Assembly: GCA_964016885.1 (NCBI GenBank)
Contig: OZ024743.1
Location: forward strand, 175,212,001 to 175,276,000
Direction of reading: 5' to 3'
Length of the DNA: 64,000 nucleotides
DNA from: Eledone cirrhosa
Taxonomy: Eukaryota
Numbering within the stretch: the stretch's first letter is position 1; each line of letters starts with the position of its first letter. A program made the translations under genes and the position numbers. The notes under the pieces were generated by a model. The model ran no database searches and was not told where the DNA came from. It saw only the letters and a program-made list of their open reading frames with translations. Below, piece by piece: positions 56,187 to 64,000 of this stretch.

Positions 56187-56679
56187 GATGGTGCCATCAA
56201 CAGTATACGTGTGGATGTTTAAAACTCCTCTACTATCGTGTCGATCTAACTTTGCTAAAATTAATAACTGTATTGTTGTTAACACATTTTACTCAGTATC
56301 TTAACCTTATTCAAACCAGAATAAAATATTTTCTGCACGTTGGATTTCCTATTTATTAAAATAGCTGACATTGATAACAATAACACTAAATCCGATACCA
56401 ACAGTGCTTTCTGAACTGTGGCAATTCTATATTGGCGTAAGTATTCGTCTCAGTTGATTTTATATTTAAATCAACATTTGATCCGGTCTGATCTAGAGGC
56501 TCACGAAATATTCTTTATGGTAAATGTCAAGAAGCGCTAACTCCATATGGAGTTGAAGAGGCGCAGTTTGCATATACAGCGTGTCTTGGCCATTTTAAAC
56601 CTGACAAAGCCCATTCCTCTTTAGATCAGAACAAAGTCGATATCTCCCAGAGAAAGAAAATAACAGAAAGAAGAAAATT

Positions 56680-56736
56680 AAGAGAGCGAGAGAGAGTGAG
56701 AGAGAGAAAGAGAGAGAGGGAGAGAGAGAGAAAGAA

Positions 56737-56815
<79 letters not shown>
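56680..56815. repeat. (AG)n microsatellite
   Basis: Direct reading. Confidence 0.95.
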
Positions 56816-56820
<5 letters not shown>

Positions 56821-57699
56821 CTGACCCCAATGTTGGATTGGTACTTTTTTTGTCGACTTCGAAAGGAAAAAATAGAGCTGGGCGGCATATGAATCCAGAG
56901 AGCAAGGAAATGGAATGAATAATGTGAAGTTCTCTCCGACGTTCTAATGACTCAGCCAATTCCCTACTTTACAATACAGACAACCATCAACGCACACACT
57001 CATTTGATAAGACAACGATAGATCCTAAATTTATTATGGGTGAAATAACAAGACGCACGTTTACACACCTTGAAATCAACTAAACATAATGCAAATTAAA
57101 ATTAAAAGATAAATAGACAATACATTCACAAACCATTGGGAAGAAGTTAAAGAAAACTAGAAAAACTAAAAAAAACAGCGTGGATCCATACAATGCAAAA
57201 CTTTCGTTTGTAAAGAGATTAAATATCTAGATCTTTATTCTATGTAAAAATATATCATATAAATAAAATTTAATAGAAAAAGAAAAAAAAAAAGAAAATT
57301 TAGATTGAGAAGAAAGAATGGAATGTAAAATAAGAAAATATAAAAAAAGATGGGGAAAGGAAGGGAATGACAAGGGCTATAGTGTCACAGAAGAATGCGG
57401 AGGGGATATGAGCGGAATTCGAACTCAGAGAATAGTGAACAGGAATAAATATAACATATATATCTATTCGACGTTCTAATGACAATGTCACTCCTCGTTC
57501 ATATTATGCGGTTATGAAATTATTGGGAACAACTACATCAAAAATTAAATCTTACGTTTCCAGAAAGATAGCTGTTCTAGATAGCTATTATTATTCCAGC
57601 TCCTCTGATATTAATCGACTTTCTGAACATATCAAAATATTTTCTTTTTTGTTTTGTCTTTTCAAACCATTCTCAGTCAGGGGAAAATTTCAAAAAAAA

Positions 57700-57840
57700 T
57701 TCCATTACACAACAAATGGCTATATCATATATCAGAGATATTGTGTATTGCAACTAAAGCTATGGAATCGATAATCAAAGACAATTTAATTGATTTTTCA
57801 GAAGCAAATACTAATATATCCAATCTACAGCCTCGATAAA
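57700..57840 (+). pseudogene. Highly decayed CR1/Jockey-like RT fragment
   Basis: CIATKAMESIIKDNLIDFSEANTNISNLQ resembles the KxMExII...L..N..I...QHGF segment preceding the LINE RT core. Confidence 0.4.
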
Positions 57841-57898
57841 AGATCGACAGCTGGTTAACTTTTAATGTGTTTACATGAATGGACAAAGCCATTCCACG

Positions 57899-57957
<59 letters not shown>

Positions 57958-58097
57958 CATGTCTAATATAGAAATAGTTTCTACAGGATTAGAATTGATT
58001 CATTCAAAAGAAATCTTCAGGAAAGCAGACTTTTCTGAAGATTTCGATTGAATGAAACAGTTCTAATCCTGTAGAAACTATTTCTTTATTGGACATG
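57958..58097. mobile_element. Short palindromic insertion next to (TA)n
   Basis: catgtctaata.agaaatagtttctacaggattagaa...aaatcttcag / ctgaagattt...ttctaatcctgtagaaactatttct.tattggacatg. Confidence 0.7.
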
Positions 58098-58159
58098 GAG
58101 TTTACATTCTACTGATGTATTGAGTACCTTACTGTGGTTAGCCCCAATTGAACCCCGGA

Positions 58160-58229
<70 letters not shown>

Positions 58230-58234
<5 letters not shown>

Positions 58235-58420
58235 CCGAAATCAACTCAACAATTGATCTCCACGTGGGTCTGTCATTCATTGCCGTTGCCAAGTCGTGGA
58301 TTTCAATACCAGAATCTCTGGAGATGACATCGGAGTAGGAGAGCTTGCGCTCCCTCTTTTTAGTGACTGCTTGTGGTTTCCAAAGCACTAATGGGGACAC
58401 AGCCTCATAGGTGGTACAAT
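58230..58420 (-). pseudogene. 3'-terminal fragment of an RTE-like LINE with (TG)n tail
   Basis: LVLWKP...RKLSYSDVISRDSGIEIHDLATAMNDRPTWRSIV, typical of RTE ORF C-termini. Confidence 0.65.
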
Positions 58421-58744
58421 TGCAGTGGCCAGCAATTCTTACTCTCCTTTTACGTACAGCGACAGATATGCGTGGGAGGCCGGCATATCAGTCTCTCACA
58501 TACATATCTATATATACTCACAACTCAGTCTATGGATCAATACGACAGAAGTAATCGACTGGCTCTTAATGATTAATGATAATAAGGAAACCAAATTTCT
58601 CCAATTTAAATCGCAACTAGTTACCAAATGCAAACATCAGATCCAGAAATCGTACATCCGCTTCAAACCTACATATGACCTCTAGCTAAAAGAGGCAGCT
58701 AGCCGAAACCGCCTATTTTATAATATTTTACTAATATAATATAA

Positions 58745-58925
58745 TTGTTTCTACTTTAGGCACAAGGCCAGCAATTACCCAGTGCATTACTGGTACTTTA
58801 TTTTATCGACCCCGTAAGGATGAAAGGCAAAGTCAACCTCGGCGGGATTTGAACTCAGAATGGAAAGGGCCGTAACTCTATGCGTCAAAGCATGACGTCC
58901 GACCTTCTACCGATACTGCCAATCC
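58745..58925 (-). mobile_element. SINE, same family as 775-1015
   Basis: gtactttattttatcgaccccgtaaggatgaaaggcaaagtcaacctcggcgggatttgaactcag. Confidence 0.8.
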
Positions 58926-58926
58926 A

Positions 58927-59122
58927 ATAATGAAGGAAGTGTGGTAAGGAACCAGGTGGACCATAATGCACCAGAGTACTCGATACTTTGGGTAGTAGAG
59001 TGGGTAATAGGAAAAAGTTGTTCAGGACCCCGACGGCAGAGCTCAAGCCGTTTCGACGGCTATTTCTGGACTGAAATAGCCGTCGAAACGGCTTGAGCTC
59101 TGCCGTCGGTTCTGAACTTTTT

Positions 59123-59126
<4 letters not shown>
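58927..59126. mobile_element. Asymmetric palindromic element, family F, copy 5
   Basis: gtggtaaggaaccagg...gaccccgacggcagagctcaagccgtttcgacggctattt...aaatagccgtcgaaacggc...ttcc(ta)n. Confidence 0.85.
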
Positions 59127-59206
<80 letters not shown>

Positions 59207-59506
59207 TACACACACACGCGAAAATATATATTATATATATGGAGAGCTGACATAAATTATGAAATGATGATGATACCGAGTCCTATTAATTACAGTCAGT
59301 TGTTTTGTTGTCTGAACAATTGATATCTAAAACACAACAGAGGGTAATGATGAATTCATTGGAGTAGATCAAATAAATTGGTAATTAAGATAGAAATGAG
59401 TGACCACTTCATATTATATAATACGGACAGTCTCCCTCACACGCTATGCTGATGACACAGATTAAAGTTTAAGCAAAGAATCGTTGCTTTCACATTATTA
59501 AAGGAA

Positions 59507-59791
<285 letters not shown>

Positions 59792-60052
59792 TAATAATAA
59801 TAATAATGTTTTCTTTATTAACCACAAGGGTTTACATAAAGTAGACATTAAGGACAGTACAGGACAATACAGGACGGTACAAATGGGCATTTCTGCGTGT
59901 AAAAAAAAACAGAGGATGTAATAAAATAACAAAGAAAAATTCCCCAATAGGAGGGAGACTTCCGAGGGACATTTGTAGAGAAAGCCCATTAAAAGACCAC
60001 AGTGACCCTGACCACCAAGGCAAGTGCCCTCTCCCAGTTTTCCACCTTTAAT

Positions 60053-63000
60053 TTACAGACACATACTCACTCGGGCCATACTTGCTTCTCTCACCCATCT
60101 TTCAACAAAATGCAGGGAAGAGAGCACTTCCCTCTCTACCCTGATTTTCCTTTTCAAATGAAATTTGAAAAAGTTAATCAGGACATCACCGAAGAGGTAA
60201 GTGCTCATCTTCAGCCCTTTCAAACGTGTCCACCATGCTATCTCTTTCGCCATGGCCACCAGACAGATAAAAACTGCCTGCCCTTCCCGGCTAAAGGAGG
60301 AGGGCGGGGCAATTCTCACGATGTACTCAGCTGATAGCTGGATCCGTCCTACACGTGACAGCAGGTGTTCGACATAAACCCACAAGTCAGCAATGCTCGG
60401 ACACTGGACGAGTGTGTGCAGGACGGTTTCGTCGCCCTGCGCGCATCTCGGACATGCCCGGCTGACTGCACCTCCATGCCTGTAGAGTTTATCCCGAACT
60501 GGCAAAGCTCCCCGGTAGCACTGCCAGGCCAGGGATTTCTGGAAGTTGTCCATAGGCCCCGGCCCGAAAGTTCTTCCGAAGAGATTGGCTAGTTGATTTT
60601 CGTCGACGTCTAGAGTTTCTCCAAGTACGTCGTCGCTCTTCCCCTCCACTAATCCTCTATAGAACGCCGAGGTGGAGTTTCCACCGATCACATTGCCCGA
60701 TTGGTCGAGGGCTGTGAGCGGCTGAAGACATTCCAGTCTCCAGGCGCTCCCTCTCGGTCTTCGCTTGACCCAGGACTGCAGCTCCGTCAAGGAAACGAGC
60801 TGGGGAAATACGTGTCTAGCAAACGGCGACCACACCTGATCACCGTCGAGGAAGAGGTGGAGATGTCGTAGCTTGAGCGCGTGTCTGCGCATCATCAGCC
60901 ACAGCATTCCCAGCCCTCCACGTAGCGGGTGTTGACAGCAGATGGACCACCTGCCCATCGGAGCGCGTCCCTTCCACAAAAAGCGAAAGAGCAAACGCTC
61001 CAGCGCAGTCAGGCGGGGCATAGGACAAGGTACGACGGTCAGGCGGTAGCAGATGACAGACGCGATGTACGCGTTAGCCACCTCCGCTCGACCTTTCAGG
61101 GATAGCTTCTTCTCCGCCCATTTCTGGGTGAGAGAAGTCACCCTGCTCGTCACCTCGTCCCAGTTTTTGTCCGTCTGGAGGTCCGGACCTAACCAGACCC
61201 CTAGCAATTTAACCGGTCCGTCCGTCCAGCGTCCGACGACGCTGTTGGACGGCATGGACGTTCCTCTCCAGGTGCCGAGCTGCAGGCCCACTGACTTTTC
61301 CTGGTTGATCATTGCTCCTGTCACCGCTTCGTATTCTCTTAGTGTAGTGCCGATCGCCTCGATGTGTTTGGCGTTCGACACCACTACGGTGACATCGTCC
61401 GCATATGCTGACACGAATCTTCCGCATCCTAGTTCGCGCGGGACGCCCCTCAACGTCTCCAGTTTGTGCAGTAATGGCTCGAGATTCAATACGTACAAGA
61501 GGGATGAGAGGGGTTATCCTTGGCGGACCGAGCGCATGATGTTGAACGGTTCCGAAAGGTGACCGTTCACTCTCACCACAGAGCAGATGTCACTGTGCAT
61601 CGCAGTGATCCAGCCTCTGAAGACGGGCCCAAAGCCAGCCGCCCTCAGGACTGCCGCTAGGTAACGATGGTCGAACCTATCGAAAGCTTTCGACTGATCT
61701 AAATTGATCAAGGACCCACCCGTGCCAGGTTCCCTAGCTACCCTCTCTACGATGTATCGCATGAGGTGGAGGTTGTCGTGGATGGATCTGTCGGGAATGG
61801 CGCATGTCTGCGCCTCTCCCACCAGACCACGAACGACAAGCGCCAACCTCTTTGCTAGCACCTTAGCCAAAATCTTGAACTCTGTGTTTACCCCTTGTGC
61901 AGCCAGTCATTACCTCCCTTACTTCAGCGGCTGTTATCGGCTTTTCGCAACACTCCGCCTCAGTGGCCGAGAGCCGCGGCAGTCCGTCGAGGTAGACACT
62001 AAAGTCCATCCCTCGACCCGGCTCACCGCTGCCCTTGAACAGCTGAGCGAAGTGTCGCTGAAAAGCTTCACACATTTGCCCGGGTACGAGTAGCATGCGC
62101 CCGTCGTGGTCCACCAAAGACCGGATCGTGGCTTTGTTGCCACGGCAAGCCTCCGCCACTCGGGCCCATTGAACGGCTTTCGTCCCCTCGTGTCTGAGAG
62201 CACGCACCCTAGCTCTGACAACGCAGCCTTCGTGCTTTGCATTGAAGAATTGGTCAAGGGCCAATTTCGCCGCAAGCACGTCGGTCGCAATGCCTTTGCT
62301 AAGCGCCTCGTCTAATTTTCTAACTAGTTCTCCCTCTGCTCTATTTTTCTCTATTGCTAATGCCTTACTATACCTAATGGATTCTATTCTAATCGCTCTT
62401 TTCAGAGCAAACCACCACTTGTTGTTGACGATGGCCCCCGTAAACGCCCGCTTAACTAGTTCGCTAATCCGGTCTCTGTAGACCTTGCGCGCTGGTAAGG
62501 ACGCGTTTAGCTTCCAGTAGCCGGGTCCTCGTCTATGAAGCCTATCTAAGTCAAGCACACAGATCACGAATTTGTGGTCCGTGTAGCTGACTATCTTGAA
62601 TTGTGGACAGCCTATGCTAGACCTATCTATTTCCCTACAAAATACTCTATCTAGATATGATCTGGATGACCCTATGCGATTTGTCCAAGTCCACATTGGC
62701 ACATTCGGGAAATCCAATCGGTACCTGTCAGACAGTTCAAAACGCCTGAGCAGGTTGGTGAGGCTCTTGCACCCTCCACCCCTATCTGCTAATCACACAC
62801 GTTACAAGCGTGCATCTAAGATCCCGTTCCAGTCGCCCACTAACACTAAAGAGCGGGACGTTCCAAGAAAGGTCTCCAGACGCCGGAAGAAATCAGGCCG
62901 CCCTGCTCCTGTCGGGGCATAGACGCCCACTAGCCTGAAAGCTTGCCCGTCTCCGCTGGTCACGTCTAGCACCACCAACTTACCCTCTGGGTCCAGGAAG

Positions 63001-63253
63001 ATGGCCCGTATGGCGAGATCTAAACCTCTCCGAAAAAGCACAGCAACTCCTCCCCCGATCCAGGATGGCTGGGAGATGCGTACACATCGTAGCCTCTGAA
63101 GATCGGTGCGAAGGACCGTGCTTCGGAGATTCTGGTCTCGCTGATGGCCACTACATCTATGTTTTGTGACATGAGGTCGTTGAGCAGGTGACCCTGCTTC
63201 CATGACGACCCCAAGCCACGCGCATTTATGCTGCCTATTCTGAGTGAGGTCAT
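60053..63253 (-). pseudogene. L1/Tx1-clade LINE ORF2 (APE endonuclease, RT, C-terminal Cys/His motif), disrupted
   Basis: GSINARGL...ISETR, VYAPT, VGDWN, YLDRVF, YTDH, GYWKLN, NLDQSKAFD, VRQG*PLS, YADD, CPRC...ETVLHTLVQC. Frameshifts, an in-frame stop and a deletion at ~61890. 3' UTR ends aataaagaaaac(att)n at ~59810. Confidence 0.92.
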
Positions 63254-63404
63254 GTTTAAAATAGAGTGGAAAAGATGGGAAAGACCACTTACCGTACCTT
63301 TCGTAGAGGAAGGTGGTTTTTCCATCCCTTTTCACTTGATCGTCTGTTGAAGGGACCGTTGAATCGTCCCTTCAGCTGGTCGTCGGCTCTTCTATGAGTA
63401 TGTC

Positions 63405-64000
63405 CTAATATACTCTCCGGTTGAGAGTCCCTCCTAGGTCTCTGAAATCACCAACTGCGTTGGGGAATTTCGTTTTAATGTTTGTGTATTGTTTCTGTGC
63501 TATTTTTAGCAGTCTTATGTTAGTTGGCGTTTTGATTGGTGCTGGTATTATGTAGTCGTGCTGTGAAATGTCTGTGTGTACAATTATGTAAGTCATTAGT
63601 TTCTTGTTGTGTGTATTTATTGCCGTGCATTTGTTTTTCTGGGGGTGGGTGTGGTTCTGCTATTTTCTTGTCGTTGTTGCTGGGTGTGTGTGTTTTGTTG
63701 TTGTGTTTGCGATGTTGGTGCTTGTGGTGGTGGAGTTGAAGGTGTTGTTGTTGTTGGCGGTGGGGTTGTCGCCAGTGGTGATGGTGGTGCTAGTGCGGGT
63801 GGTGATGGTGTTGGTGGTGTTGCTGCTGTGAGTCTCTTTGCAGTAGCCTTTACCCTTTTTTCATTTCTTTCCTCCCTTTTCGAAGGCGACGATGCGCTGC
63901 TTCTGCGTTTTGCCTTTTTACGACCTTTTGGAATCCCTCTCCCACCTCACACTCCATGTCTGATTCTGTGAGGTCGGGGAGGGGTACCAGCTCCACTCTT
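63405..64000 (-). pseudogene. C-terminal part of ORF1 of the same LINE (basic and Pro/Thr/Gln-rich), runs off the window
   Basis: GIPKGRKKAKRRSSASSPSKREERNEKRVKATAKRLTAATPPTPSPP...TQQQ directly upstream of ORF2; contains stops. Confidence 0.6.

Noticed and set aside
58030-58070. CTGAAGA-tTTC.GAAt-GAAA as a full hammerhead
   Set aside because: Core and helix II are plausible, but helices I and III are not supported.
60053-64000. GC-rich stretch as bacterial contamination or a host gene; plus-strand ORFs
   Set aside because: Fully explained by an L1/Tx1 LINE on the minus strand; the plus-strand ORFs are antisense shadows.

Overview
Eukaryotic, very AT-rich, microsatellite-dense non-genic DNA; the SINE and LINE families suggest a coleoid cephalopod such as Octopus (inference). 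No host protein-coding gene is supportable. The main signal is a ~26-kb tandem array (28218-54190) of 43 monomers of ~629 or ~553 bp. Each monomer carries a type I hammerhead ribozyme motif on the minus strand (CUGACGA...GAAA...AUA^, three helices, UGA bulge in helix I), so it looks like a retrozyme-like self-cleaving satellite with higher-order structure. The array sits in (TA)n inside a fragment of a Penelope-like element (PLE). The window also holds an intact, young PLE (RT plus C-terminal GIY-YIG, probably Hydra clade) with hammerhead-bearing pseudo-LTRs, two defective PLEs, and about ten short non-coding hammerhead or palindromic insertions in (TA)n. One of these folds back within ~1 nt of its predicted ribozyme cleavage site. 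Other content: an RTE LINE with a near codon-exact 5' inversion and C-terminal C2H2 fingers, a decayed L1/Tx1 LINE, SINEs and two mariner-type MITEs. All RNA folds were derived by eye and coordinates are approximate to a few bases.
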